The notes below the pieces were generated by a model. That model saw only the letters and a program-made list of their open reading frames with translations, did no database searches and was not told the origin of the DNA. This document shows, one piece after another, positions 16,374 to 28,941 of a DNA stretch of 64,000 bases. This DNA comes from an uncultured Lentimicrobiaceae bacterium (GTDB taxonomy: Bacteria; Bacteroidota; Bacteroidia; Bacteroidales; SKPS01): positions 2,933 to 66,932 of the forward strand of contig CAZZBS010000013.1 in NCBI GenBank assembly GCA_964652685.1, read 5' to 3'. Made by a program: the position numbers and the translations under genes. Each line of letters begins with the position of its first letter. Positions within the stretch are counted from its first letter, which is position 1.

Positions 16374-18152
16374 ATGGAAACAACAAGGACCTTTGATCTC
16401 CTGGAGAGATACAGGAAGTATTTCATGAAAGAGGTTGCCCTGGCCTTTAAACAACAGCGGACCTGGATAAGATACAGCACACAGCAATACATCGATTACG
16501 CTTATCATCTAAGTTATGGCTTGTTGGCAATGGGCTTCAGGAAAGGGGATAAGATCGCAACCATTTCAAACAACCGCCCTGAATGGAATTTCGTTGATAT
16601 GGGCATGGCCATGGTGGGCATTGTGCATGTTCCGGTATACACTTCCCTGATACCTGATGAATACGAAAACATTCTCAGGCATTCCGATGCCCGGCTGGTT
16701 TTTATTGCGGACCAGGGATTGGCACAAAAGATCCGGCCCATTGCAGATAAGATTTCTATGCTGGAGGGTATCTATACCTTTAATGATGTAGAAGGAGAGA
16801 AACATTGGACAGAGATTGTGGAGCTGGGGAAACAGGAAGCAGATAACCAAAGAGAAACTTTGGAGCTTATCAAAGCTGGCATTCAGCCGGATGATCCTGT
16901 GACCCTGATCTATACTTCAGGTACCACGGGTAATCCCAAGGGTGTATTGCTATCCCATGCCAACCTTGTGAAAAATTTTCTGGCAGCGGTGGATGTCTTT
17001 CGCCTGGAGCCTGAACACAGGTATTTGAACATCCTTCCCCTGTGCCATGTCGGGGGCCGGTTAGGCAACTACCAGACGCAGTACAGTGGCAGTAGTATCT
17101 ATTATCCTGAGAGCATGGGAACCATGGCAGCCGACATGAAGGAGATCAAACCCCATGGATTTGATGCGGTCCCGAGAATTCTCGAAAAAATCTTTGACAA
17201 TATCATTGCAAGAGGGAAAAAGCTGAGAGGGATCAAAAAAGCGATCTTCTTCATGGCGGTCAACAATGGGCTGCGGTATAAAACGGAAGATGAAAGTTCG
17301 GAATGGTACAAGATGAAATTGCGGCTTGCCGACAGGCTCGTTTTCTCCAAATGGCGTGAAGCGATCGGTGGCAATGTCAGGCTGGTGGGATGTGGAGGAG
17401 CGGCCTTACAGCCAAGGGTTGAACGTATTTTCTGGGCAGCGGGCATCAAGGTGCTTAATATGTACGGACTCACGGAAACATCCCCCATCATCACCATTAA
17501 CAGGCAAAACAAGCCTGATTTGAAACTGGGCACCGTAGGCTCGGTGATACCCGGCGTTAAAGTGAAGATCGCCGATGATGGGGAGATCTTATGCAAGGGG
17601 CATAATGTCATGCTGGGCTATTATAAAAATCCTGAACTTACCAAAGCGGCTTTTACAGAAGATGGATGGTTCTGTACCGGAGATATCGGTTCACTTGAAC
17701 ACAATCGTTTTCTTCAGGTTACAGACAGAAAAAAGGAGATCTTCAAGCTTTCAAGTGGGAAATTTATTGCACCTCAGATCCTTGAAAACAGGTTCAAGGA
17801 GTCGTTATTCATTGAACAGGTTATGGTAGTGGGAGAGCATGAGAAGTTTGCCAGTGCGCTGATAGCGCCAGATTTTGTGTTCGCCAGGGAATGGTGTTCG
17901 GATAATAATATCCTTTTCAGCACCCCTTCAGAACTGATTACCCATGAGCAGTTTATGGAGGTGTTGAACAGGGAGGTGGAGAGGTTCAATAAAACGGCTT
18001 CTGATTTCGAACAGATCAAGAGGTTCCGTCTGGTGCCGGATGTCTGGTCACCCGAAACAGGTGAGTTGTCACCGACACTTAAGCTGAAACGCTCTTTCCT
18101 TGCTGGAAAATACAGGGAATTGATCAACCAGATATACTCCAGGCAGGGTTGA
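16374..18152 (+). CDS. Long-chain fatty acid-CoA ligase (AMP-binding)
   Basis: IYTSGTTGNPKGV, YGLTETSP, TGDIG, DRKKEIFKLSSGKFIAP, LSPTLKLKR. TATCTTTG promoter box at 16278-16285. Confidence 0.92.
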   Translation: METTRTFDLLERYRKYFMKEVALAFKQQRTWIRYSTQQYIDYAYHLSYGLLAMGFRKGDKIATISNNRPEWNFVDMGMAMVGIVHVPVYTSLIPDEYENILRHSDARLVFIADQGLAQKIRPIADKISMLEGIYTFNDVEGEKHWTEIVELGKQEADNQRETLELIKAGIQPDDPVTLIYTSGTTGNPKGVLLSHANLVKNFLAAVDVFRLEPEHRYLNILPLCHVGGRLGNYQTQYSGSSIYYPESMGTMAADMKEIKPHGFDAVPRILEKIFDNIIARGKKLRGIKKAIFFMAVNNGLRYKTEDESSEWYKMKLRLADRLVFSKWREAIGGNVRLVGCGGAALQPRVERIFWAAGIKVLNMYGLTETSPIITINRQNKPDLKLGTVGSVIPGVKVKIADDGEILCKGHNVMLGYYKNPELTKAAFTEDGWFCTGDIGSLEHNRFLQVTDRKKEIFKLSSGKFIAPQILENRFKESLFIEQVMVVGEHEKFASALIAPDFVFAREWCSDNNILFSTPSELITHEQFMEVLNREVERFNKTASDFEQIKRFRLVPDVWSPETGELSPTLKLKRSFLAGKYRELINQIYSRQG

Positions 18153-18234
18153 TGGATTGATGAGGGTGATGTCGGAACCGACAATCCCGGCTCGAAAAGC
18201 AAAGACAGACACAGCAAATAAAAACCATCCCCAT

Positions 18235-19410
18235 ATGATCATTCAACCGGTAAAGGATAGGAAAAGCAGAAAAACCTTTCTGGATGTTGCCAGGATCATC
18301 TATGCCGGTGATCCGGTCTGGGTGTGCCCATTGGACCGCGACATCAACGCGGTATTCGATCCGAAAAAAAATGTTTACTATAAGCATGGGACCGCAGAAC
18401 GGTGGATTGTAAGGGACAATGCCAGAAAGCTGGCCGGTCGCATTGCTGCCTTCATCGATTTCAAGACCTCTTCATCAGGAGGGCTGCAAACAGGAGGCAT
18501 CGGTTTTTTTGAATGCATCCAGGACCAGGCTGTTGCCGATATGCTTTTCGACAAGGCAAAAGAATGGTTGACAGATCAAGGGATTGAGGCCATGGATGGG
18601 CCGATCAATTTCGGGGAGAGAGACAGTTACTGGGGATTGCTGGTCGAAGGGTTCACACACCCCTCTTACGAAATAGCGTACAATCCACTCTATTATCGTG
18701 AGCTGTTTGAAAATTACGGATTTAAAACCTATTTCAAACAGGAGGGTTTTCATCTGGATGTCACCAGACCTTTACCGGACCGGTTCCTGAAAATTGCCGA
18801 ATGGGTTGCCGGCAAACCCGGATATGCCTTTGAACACTTTACATGGAAAGAGGAGAAAAAGTACATCCATGATTTTGCGCAGGTTTTCAATGCTGCCTGG
18901 AAACCGTTGATTGAGAATTTCGAGCCGCTGACGGAAGATTATATCCAGAAGACACTCAACAAGGCGAAAGCCATCCTGGAGGAGGAGTTCATCTGGCTTG
19001 CCTATAAAGATAACAGGCCGATCGCCATCTACCTGATGTATCCTGATGTCAATCAGATATTGAAATACCTGAACGGCAAGCTGCACCTTTGGAATTTGCT
19101 GAAGTTTCTGTATCTGAAAAATAAGAAAACCATGACCAGGGCAAGAGGGGTTTTAATGGGTGTCATCCCGGAATTTCAGAACCTGGGCATTGAATCTGCC
19201 TTTGTGATGAAAGTGGCCGGGGTGATACGCAACAAACCGCACTACAGGGAGATCGAGTTTTCGTGGGTGGGGGATTTCAATCCCAGGATGCGGAAGATCT
19301 TCATTTCGGTTGGTTGTGTCCCGGCCAAGCATTATATCACCTACAGGTACCTTTTCAACAGGAATGCCGAATTTGTCAGGTATCCTGTACTGGTAACGGG
19401 TAAGGGATGA
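18235..19410 (+). CDS. YghO/bacterial ceramide synthase (bCerS)-like GNAT acyltransferase
   Basis: YAGDPVWVCPL, AGRIAAF, GGIGFFEC, MDGPINF, GLLVEGF, YNPLYY, GVIPEFQNLG, EFSWVGDFN. Start trimmed to ATG 18235. Confidence 0.65.
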   Translation: MIIQPVKDRKSRKTFLDVARIIYAGDPVWVCPLDRDINAVFDPKKNVYYKHGTAERWIVRDNARKLAGRIAAFIDFKTSSSGGLQTGGIGFFECIQDQAVADMLFDKAKEWLTDQGIEAMDGPINFGERDSYWGLLVEGFTHPSYEIAYNPLYYRELFENYGFKTYFKQEGFHLDVTRPLPDRFLKIAEWVAGKPGYAFEHFTWKEEKKYIHDFAQVFNAAWKPLIENFEPLTEDYIQKTLNKAKAILEEEFIWLAYKDNRPIAIYLMYPDVNQILKYLNGKLHLWNLLKFLYLKNKKTMTRARGVLMGVIPEFQNLGIESAFVMKVAGVIRNKPHYREIEFSWVGDFNPRMRKIFISVGCVPAKHYITYRYLFNRNAEFVRYPVLVTGKG

Positions 19411-19451
19411 AAATCTGTCATGGACCTGAAATTCCGACTTATCAATAAAGC

Positions 19452-20900
19452 ATGAAATACGATATCATCATCATCGGTGCCGGGCTGGGTGGATTGACAG
19501 CCGGAGCCAAGCTGGCCAAAGAGGGCCGGCGTGTGCTGCTTATCGAACAGCATGACAAACCCGGCGGATGTGCCACAACCTTCCGCCGAAAGGATTTTGT
19601 ATTTGAAGTGGGGCTCCATGAGATGGACGGGTTGGACAAAAGAGATATACAAACCAGGATATTCAGCGACCTGGGTGTCTTTGATCACGTGGAATTTCTC
19701 AGGGTACCTGAATTTTATCACTTCATCCATAACCGGCACCAGATCACCATCCCCCACGACCCCGCAGTGGCGTTGGATAGGTTGGTTTCGTCATTCACCG
19801 CTGAAGAGAGTGGTATCAGGGCTTTTTTCGACCGGTTGCTCAATGCGAGAAAGAGGGCAAAGGAATCGGAAGAGGAGCCGGAACAAACCATCGGTGAATT
19901 CCTGGACAGTATCATCGTGGATGAGGAGTTGAAACTTGTACTGATGGGCAACCTGGGTTATTTTCATGATGATCCATATTCGATGTCGCTGAATTATTAT
20001 GCTATTGCCCAGGGAAGTTATTTCCAGGGAGGTGGGAATTTCATCAAAGGAGGTTCCCAGAAACTATCCGATTGCCTGTCCGATGTAATCATCCGGTATG
20101 GCGGGGTTGTGCTGCTCAACCACATGGTCACCGGAATCATCGTGGAAAACAACAGAGCCGTCGGGGTGAAATATACCGGATCCCGGAAAGGCAGTTCCCC
20201 GGAGATAAGGGCCTTTGCTGAAGAGATCATTGCCAATTCCGCCATTCCCAACGTGGCAGACCACCTTCTTTCCGGGGAGCATGGAGAACACCTCAGGCAA
20301 CAACTGCAGGGCCTGAATCCCGGTGCATCATTACTGACGCTTTATCTTGGATTCAGAAAGAAACTGAAAGATTTGGGCAGCCGGTATTATTCAACCTTTG
20401 TCTTTGATGATTCAATCAAAACCATTGCTGACATTCACAGCAACAACCGCGGGGATTTTGAAAGAAGAAGTTTTACCTTCATCGATTACAGCCAGGTCGA
20501 TGCAGGGCTCACGGCTGGGGATAAAAGTGTGGCTGTCATCTGCTGCAAGGATTATTGCAGCGACTGGGAGGGGCTTACCCCTGAGGCATACAAAGCGATG
20601 AAGGAGAGGGTCGCAAACATATTCATCCGGAGACTTGAAGAACTGGTTCCCGGCGCCGCAAGCCAGCTTGAGTACTTTGAGGTGGGAACCGCCAGGACAG
20701 TGCAACGCTATACGCTCAATCCGGCAGGGGCAGTCTACGGATTTGCACAAACACCTTTCAGGGTCAGAAAAGAAAACATTAAAGGGATAGATCATCTCCA
20801 TTTTGCATCGGCATGGACCAAAACGGGAGGCGGATTTTCAGGAGCCATCTACAGTGGGTATTTCTGTGCATTGGGCATCATCAGGAAGGCAACAGGTTAA
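19452..20900 (+). CDS. CrtI/retinol-saturase-like FAD-dependent oxidoreductase
   Basis: IIIGAGLGGLTAG, EQHDKPGGCATTF, FEVGLH, KGGSQKLS, TVQRYTLNPAGAVYGF, GGGFSGA. Confidence 0.85.
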   Translation: MKYDIIIIGAGLGGLTAGAKLAKEGRRVLLIEQHDKPGGCATTFRRKDFVFEVGLHEMDGLDKRDIQTRIFSDLGVFDHVEFLRVPEFYHFIHNRHQITIPHDPAVALDRLVSSFTAEESGIRAFFDRLLNARKRAKESEEEPEQTIGEFLDSIIVDEELKLVLMGNLGYFHDDPYSMSLNYYAIAQGSYFQGGGNFIKGGSQKLSDCLSDVIIRYGGVVLLNHMVTGIIVENNRAVGVKYTGSRKGSSPEIRAFAEEIIANSAIPNVADHLLSGEHGEHLRQQLQGLNPGASLLTLYLGFRKKLKDLGSRYYSTFVFDDSIKTIADIHSNNRGDFERRSFTFIDYSQVDAGLTAGDKSVAVICCKDYCSDWEGLTPEAYKAMKERVANIFIRRLEELVPGAASQLEYFEVGTARTVQRYTLNPAGAVYGFAQTPFRVRKENIKGIDHLHFASAWTKTGGGFSGAIYSGYFCALGIIRKATG

Positions 20901-21000
20901 GATGCCATACACCGAAAGCAGGTCAATATAGTAGAACAGCAACAGGGGTAAGTAATTCAATTTGATACGTTACAGAAACCGGGGATTTAGCAGCATTTTA

Positions 21001-23199
<2,199 letters not shown>

Positions 23200-23493
23200 T
23201 TAATGATTATACTGATCAGGCCATGTTTGTAATACTTACGGGAGTTGGTTATTACGCTTTTGGTGATGATGAAAGGTGCACATAAAAAACCAGCTCCCGG
23301 GTGAAATTATTAAAAATCCCGAACATCATTAACAAAACCTTATGAAAATTGTTTCCGGTAATCCCCATCATATACCAAGGCCGGAATCACACGAAATGCA
23401 TCGAAAAGTGGACACACTCCATTTCGACGGCATGCTCTAGTGTCAGCCAGGAGTTATAAAGTTGCCAATGCCTTACAGGACCTTGCTTGAAAG

Positions 23494-24600
23494 TTATTTT
23501 CTAAAAACCGCCACATAGGGATTTCCATTGCCATTGGTAAATTCTCCTGCTGCATAGATATTACCGGCATCATCAGTACACATTGAAAGAATGCGATTAT
23601 TGGCATTGAGGGCTCCAAGCTCAGTCCATGAGTTTTTACTGACATCCCATTTCCCGACAGCACCTCCACTGCTCATACTGAAACTACCAGCAGCATGAAT
23701 GTAAGTGCCGTTGGTTGTAAGTGTATATATTTGATCATTTACTTTGGCTGCAATACTCTGAGGGCCATGATTCCAAGCTAGAAAATAAGGTTCGCCCGGA
23801 TTTGCATTGGGATATGAAAAACTTCCTCCTGCATAAAAATTCCCGATATTATCCCTCTCAAGAGCATAAACACTACCACCTGGTGCATGTTCGGTCAACA
23901 TCATTGAATTAGCCCATGTGTTGCCGTTCCAGATGGCCACATAGCATTTCCCATCAGGATTTGTAAAATCACCCGCTGCAGTAACATATCCATTTGCATC
24001 AACCTTGATGACATTGATAGGGCCATTTGCGTCTAGATTCCCCACCTCACTCCAATTGTTTCCATCCCATTTTGCTACGAAGTAACTGGTACCATTTGTA
24101 AAACCTCCAGCAGCATAGACGTTTCCATCCTTGTCTGAGAAAATGGTGTTGATAGGGCCAATGGCACCATTCAGATGAATGTTTCCGAGGTTATGCCATT
24201 GACTCCCATCCCACTTGGCAACGTAACGATAGTAAGTGCTTTGTTGCTGATAGTAGGCATCTGCGTAAACATTGCCAAGACTATCTGCGTAAAGGGCATT
24301 GATCATCTCACTTGACCTGAAATCTCCAAGAGCAGTCCAATTGCTTCCATCCCATTTAGCTACATATTTCCCTGTATTATCGGTGAAATTACCTGCCGCA
24401 TACACATTGATACCATCGGTACATATACTGTTGATACGATCGTTTGCATTAAGGTTTCCAAGTTCAGTCCATGTATTACTGTTATTAGAAGGTTTTTCTT
24501 CTTCGGTACAGGCCGAAATTAGAATAACAGCTGTCATAGCCAACACCAACGCCAATTGACTATAGTTATGGTTCCTGTCATTGATCATGGAAGTTTTCAT
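23494..24600 (-). CDS. Lipoprotein with approx. 50-aa beta-propeller repeats
   Basis: Lipobox ISAC. Repeats of the form INSI..D..NVYAAGNFT....YVAKWDGSNW..LG. Start trimmed to ATG 24600. Confidence 0.75.
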   Translation of the reverse strand: MKTSMINDRNHNYSQLALVLAMTAVILISACTEEEKPSNNSNTWTELGNLNANDRINSICTDGINVYAAGNFTDNTGKYVAKWDGSNWTALGDFRSSEMINALYADSLGNVYADAYYQQQSTYYRYVAKWDGSQWHNLGNIHLNGAIGPINTIFSDKDGNVYAAGGFTNGTSYFVAKWDGNNWSEVGNLDANGPINVIKVDANGYVTAAGDFTNPDGKCYVAIWNGNTWANSMMLTEHAPGGSVYALERDNIGNFYAGGSFSYPNANPGEPYFLAWNHGPQSIAAKVNDQIYTLTTNGTYIHAAGSFSMSSGGAVGKWDVSKNSWTELGALNANNRILSMCTDDAGNIYAAGEFTNGNGNPYVAVFRK

Positions 24601-24801
24601 TACATGATTGTCAGTGTTTATCGTGCTGACGCTGCACTTTTTATGAATAATAAGGTTGTGAAACGGGTCTTTAAACTGGCAAATATACATCATGAAATGT
24701 ATAAATAATTGGAAAAATGATCAAGCAGACCCTTTTAATTGCTAATATTTCTTCAGATATAATGCACCCGAATTAAAAAGAAAAAGAAAATCATCTGATG
24801 G

Positions 24802-25242
24802 CTATTCCAGGATATAGATCATTATGGCAACCGGGAGTTTGCCTTCAATATTCAACAGAATCTTACCCGAACTATATTCACCTTGTCGGATATACTGACC
24901 GTCAAAGTTATACAGAATCTTTCCGGAATTATATTGCCCCTGCCTGATGTATTTCCCGTCCCAATTGTACAGTATCTTGCCCGATTTATAAGCACTCTGC
25001 CTGAAATACTGGCCGTCCCAGTTATACAGGATGGTGCCTGAAGGATACTGTCCTCTTTTGATAAAAGTTCCGTCCCAATTGATCAGGACCTTCCCTGAAG
25101 GATATTGCCCTTGCCGGAGGTATACCCCATCCCAGTTGTAAAGGATTTTCCCGGATGCATATTCACCCTGCCTGACCAGGGTCTGCCCTTGGGCGTTTAT
25201 CATGGTGACTATGATGAAGGAAAGAGTAATGAACGTCTTCAT
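24802..25242 (-). CDS. Secreted 19-aa tandem-repeat protein of unknown function
   Basis: Signal peptide, then about 5.5 copies of RQGQYxSGKILYNWDGxY[IL], ending GKLPVAIMIYILE. Confidence 0.75.
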   Translation of the reverse strand: MKTFITLSFIIVTMINAQGQTLVRQGEYASGKILYNWDGVYLRQGQYPSGKVLINWDGTFIKRGQYPSGTILYNWDGQYFRQSAYKSGKILYNWDGKYIRQGQYNSGKILYNFDGQYIRQGEYSSGKILLNIEGKLPVAIMIYILE

Positions 25243-25252
25243 GATGTAGTGT

Positions 25253-25498
25253 TCAGGTTAACCTGGCAACATATTCATCCACAATCTGCCTGGCTTCGTT
25301 GTAATCGCGGAAAGCGACAAACACCTTCACCGGGAATGCTCCTCCGGGATCGGTCCACCAGGGATTCAGGGTGCCCATGATATCATCTTTCAGGAAGGCT
25401 TCAATACCGGCATTTTCCAAAAGACTCTTCACCATTCCCGTATGCCATGGATTTCCTGCGAATATCTCCACAGGGTCTGTGTCTTGGTAGGTTTTCAT
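25253..25498 (-). CDS. DUF2007-like putative signal-transducing protein
   Basis: MVKSLLENAGIEAFLKDD...VKVFV...ARQIV. Confidence 0.75.
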   Translation of the reverse strand: MKTYQDTDPVEIFAGNPWHTGMVKSLLENAGIEAFLKDDIMGTLNPWWTDPGGAFPVKVFVAFRDYNEARQIVDEYVARLT

Positions 25499-25522
25499 GT
25501 GGATCTGTATGGTTGGATCAAT

Positions 25523-26275
25523 TCACCTTGTACATTCAATAAGGAATTCCCTGGATGTTTCATTCAGTTCATTTCGTTGAAAGTCACCGTATATATGATA
25601 TTGACGAAAATCTGAACGAGCAAGCAGATGCTCCAGTTCATAGCGGAAGAAATAACGTAACGGGATTTTCCATTCTTCAGAATGAACCTTGTTATCTTCA
25701 TCCCACTCAATCGTAAAAGTAATGTTGATAATCTGGGTGATCAGCTCCGGCCTGGTACTGACGTACCGTTTCACATATTTTCCCGTCTCGTATTCCCCTT
25801 CAAAATCTTTGTGGTGCTCAAATCCCTTAATTAGTTGGTTCAGGTCGGGTATAAATGTGTCAAAAATAAAACGTCCACCAGGATGAAGGTGCCTGTGTAT
25901 ATTGTTCAGGGCTTTAATCTGATCATCTTTGTCGAGAAGATGCATAAAGACCCTGAAAGGTGCAATGATGAGATCAAACCGGTCTTCAAATGAAAAATCA
26001 AGAATACTCTGTTTACTGATCCTGTGAAATAAACCGGTATCCAGTTTGTCTTTTAACACATCGAGCATTGATTCACTGATATCAATGCCGTAAATATCGG
26101 CATGATGATGTATGGCGTCAAGGAAAAACCGTCCTGTACCTGTCCCCACCTCAAGGACTTTACCCCTGGTATTTAACACCTCCTGCATGAAAAATCCATG
26201 ATCGACAGTGTCCCTGAGTTGATGATAGATCAGGTCATAGAATCTGGCGAAAGTATCCGGATAGGGATAGTTCAT
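25523..26275 (-). CDS. Class I SAM-dependent methyltransferase
   Basis: VLEVGTGTGR, GIDISESML, LHPGGRFIFD. Confidence 0.88.
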   Translation of the reverse strand: MNYPYPDTFARFYDLIYHQLRDTVDHGFFMQEVLNTRGKVLEVGTGTGRFFLDAIHHHADIYGIDISESMLDVLKDKLDTGLFHRISKQSILDFSFEDRFDLIIAPFRVFMHLLDKDDQIKALNNIHRHLHPGGRFIFDTFIPDLNQLIKGFEHHKDFEGEYETGKYVKRYVSTRPELITQIINITFTIEWDEDNKVHSEEWKIPLRYFFRYELEHLLARSDFRQYHIYGDFQRNELNETSREFLIECTR

Positions 26276-26495
26276 TTATATTGAGATTTACTGCTGGTTA
26301 CTCTCTAAGCTTACCTTTTTCTGATGGAATGTCCCCGAAGGGGTGATTTGATTTTTATAGCAGCGAATCAACAGAAGGAATACCCAAAATTACATCATTT
26401 TTTTGTTCAGGAATGTTTATCTTGCTGCAATTATCCGGGCAGTGCTGAAATCAGGTTTTCTTCCGGGGTACAGTGAAATGATTAGCATAGGATCC

Positions 26496-26921
26496 ATGTG
26501 GTTATGGCACCTCATCGACTGGTTTTTCGTAGTGTTTCACACTGCCCTGATCTTTTTCAACCTGTTCGGGTGGATCCCAAAACGTATCAGAAAGTGGAAT
26601 CTTTTGGTACTCCTTCTTACCGCTGCCTCCTGGTATTTGCTGGGCATCTTTTACGGGTGGGGTTACTGTTTTCTGACCGACTGGCACTGGCAGGTGTTGG
26701 GTAAACTATCTGTTTCGCCTTCAGAACATTCCTATGTACAGTATCTTTTGCGCAGGTTGCTAGGGATGAAGGTAAGTGCAGATTTTGCTGACATCCTTAC
26801 CGCTTCCCTGTTTTTTGCCGCATTGGCCATATCGGTATATGTCAATCTGCGGGCTATTCTGAAAGCACGGTTATTTTCCCGGTACCATAGTGGGAAAAAA
26901 CAGCCGGATTGTGACCGATGA
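26496..26921 (+). CDS. DUF2784-like membrane protein
   Basis: FHTALIFFNLFGW, GYCFLTDWHW and hydrophobic helices. Start trimmed to ATG 26496. Confidence 0.7.
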   Translation: MWLWHLIDWFFVVFHTALIFFNLFGWIPKRIRKWNLLVLLLTAASWYLLGIFYGWGYCFLTDWHWQVLGKLSVSPSEHSYVQYLLRRLLGMKVSADFADILTASLFFAALAISVYVNLRAILKARLFSRYHSGKKQPDCDR

Positions 26922-27656
26922 TCACTTTTTTAGTGATGCTTTTGTGAAGCGGTACGCCGGTATATCCTGATCAAATTTAATGCTGGTGATATTGAACTCG
27001 GTTCCTTTTCCCTGTTTCAGCATGTCTTTGTAAACCATGGTATGTGGGAACCACCTCCCCTGTACCTGTTTTATATCCGACAGTTCAATTCTTTTAAGCA
27101 ACTGCCCGCTCCTGGCATACAGTTCCTGCTTCAGTGGCACATAACGTTCCTGGTCAATCCAGATCTTCTGCGAATGATAGGCAATGTCCTGTACTTTGGC
27201 CGTCAGATCAAGCTGCCAGGTGGTACGGTCCCCGATCTTTTCCTGCCCGGCAATTTTTGCTGAATAGACCTCACTGAGTTTTCTGTCGTCCATCATATCT
27301 TCATACGAGAGGTCGGATCCCATTAACGATTGCCGGAGCATGTGCCCTGATATCTGGATGATACGATCGGTTAAGGGATTGTAGATCCAGAGTTGCCCTT
27401 CGAGTTTTAACATTTTGGTCCCTTCCTCGCTGGCCGGTGACAGGTATTCCGTGAAGGCTTTTTTAGCCCCTTCGGCCCATGTTTTTGAGGTAATGGTGCG
27501 GCTGCTCCGCCTGCCATGGATGGTCATGGAAGATTCCAGGATGCGGTTCCTGGATGAGAGGTTCTGGTCCACTTTGTTGAGGATGGTGTTGGTGTCCTGT
27601 ATCGGCATTGACAATGCCAGGGTGACCAGGGTGATCCAGATAATAAGTGTATTCAT
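26922..27656 (-). CDS. LolA-like outer membrane lipoprotein-sorting protein
   Basis: EYLSPASEEGTKMLK, LWIYNP, SLMGSDLSYEDM, KIWIDQERYVP. Confidence 0.8.
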   Translation of the reverse strand: MNTLIIWITLVTLALSMPIQDTNTILNKVDQNLSSRNRILESSMTIHGRRSSRTITSKTWAEGAKKAFTEYLSPASEEGTKMLKLEGQLWIYNPLTDRIIQISGHMLRQSLMGSDLSYEDMMDDRKLSEVYSAKIAGQEKIGDRTTWQLDLTAKVQDIAYHSQKIWIDQERYVPLKQELYARSGQLLKRIELSDIKQVQGRWFPHTMVYKDMLKQGKGTEFNITSIKFDQDIPAYRFTKASLKK

Positions 27657-27669
27657 GGTTTTGATTTGT

Positions 27670-28941
27670 TTAAACTTCCAATTCTTTGAATAACTGTGCG
27701 GTTTGTCTTTTATAGATGCCTCTGCCGGAAAGGGCGTTGCCTGTCATCATGGCAATGACGCCGGGGATGAAACCGATATACCAGGCAGCAGGTACCAATT
27801 TGGCCCTGATAATGGTAGGGAACATCATGGAGGATCCCTGGAGGGCATCAAAACGGAATCCGACCTCCTGAAGGTACCATGAAACACCCAGGCCTGTAAG
27901 AGTTCCGACAACAGAACCAATCATCCCGATGATGACCCCCTCCAGGAGCAAAGTCCGGTAGATATGTTTTTTCTCTTCCCCCATAGCCAGGCGCAGGCCG
28001 AATTCGGTATAACGGCGCAGCCCACCCAGGAGGCCTGTGTTCCAAAGCACTACCGACATGGCCAGGACAAAAACAAAGACCAGGATGAAGCGCATCAGGT
28101 CAGCAATATCGAGATATTCTGTCATGCCGCCCTGTTCTTTCAATCTGACCATAATGGGTGCAAATTCGCTGTCATCACCTTCATGCATCCGGTTGAATGA
28201 GCTGGCTATACCCGCAGCCTGCGTATCGTAATATTCATTATCATAATGGAAGCCAAGGATTTCCGTTGCTCCATCCTGCATGAGGAAAGCCTCCTGCGCA
28301 TCGGTGATGTCGATGATAATGCTTCCTTTGTCCATAACGGCGGTTCCAAATTTTACGGTACCTGCAACCATGAAATTTCTAAAAGCCATGCTTCCCTCCA
28401 TAGTGGTTCCGAAAAGGGTAAATACATCCCCGGTACTGACCTTAAACCGCTCGGCAAAGTCATGGGTGATAAGGGCTTCACCTGGTTTTGAAGGTATTCT
28501 CCCTGTCACCAGGGAGGTTCTCAGATTGAACCGTTCAGCTTCCATGGATTCCGGGGAGAAGAGGTCGAAACTCCAGCCAAGCACAGGACCCTGTACCCGG
28601 GTTTGCCCATTTTCATCGGGAAAATCAACCAGGGCCCCGAAGCGGATCCTTTCAACCCAGGAGTAGTCCGGGTAATCTGTACTGAGTTGTTTTTTCAGTG
28701 CACCGATTTCAGTTATACCCAGTTCAGCGGCGAGTTGGCTCTCATCCTCGGCAAAAGCCCGTGTCATCACCCTGACATGGCCGGTCTGGAAGTTGGCGGT
28801 CATCCTTACCGAATCGATAAGAATTCCTTCGATCCAGCAGGTTAGCAACACGGTAAGTGCAACCCCCAGTGCGACGACCAACGCCGGAAGCACACTTCTG
28901 CTCCTGTCACTGATGATTCCTTTGAATAAAAACCTGATCAT
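27670..28941 (-). CDS. ABC transporter permease (LolE/MacB/FtsX-like)
   Basis: N-terminal TM, large periplasmic domain, RYTEFGLRLAMGE and C-terminal TMs. Confidence 0.85.
   Translation of the reverse strand: MIRFLFKGIISDRSRSVLPALVVALGVALTVLLTCWIEGILIDSVRMTANFQTGHVRVMTRAFAEDESQLAAELGITEIGALKKQLSTDYPDYSWVERIRFGALVDFPDENGQTRVQGPVLGWSFDLFSPESMEAERFNLRTSLVTGRIPSKPGEALITHDFAERFKVSTGDVFTLFGTTMEGSMAFRNFMVAGTVKFGTAVMDKGSIIIDITDAQEAFLMQDGATEILGFHYDNEYYDTQAAGIASSFNRMHEGDDSEFAPIMVRLKEQGGMTEYLDIADLMRFILVFVFVLAMSVVLWNTGLLGGLRRYTEFGLRLAMGEEKKHIYRTLLLEGVIIGMIGSVVGTLTGLGVSWYLQEVGFRFDALQGSSMMFPTIIRAKLVPAAWYIGFIPGVIAMMTGNALSGRGIYKRQTAQLFKELEV

Noticed and set aside
24802-25242. 57-bp periodicity as a CRISPR or non-coding array
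   Set aside because: The repeats are degenerate at synonymous positions and have no unique spacers; they are protein-level repeats.
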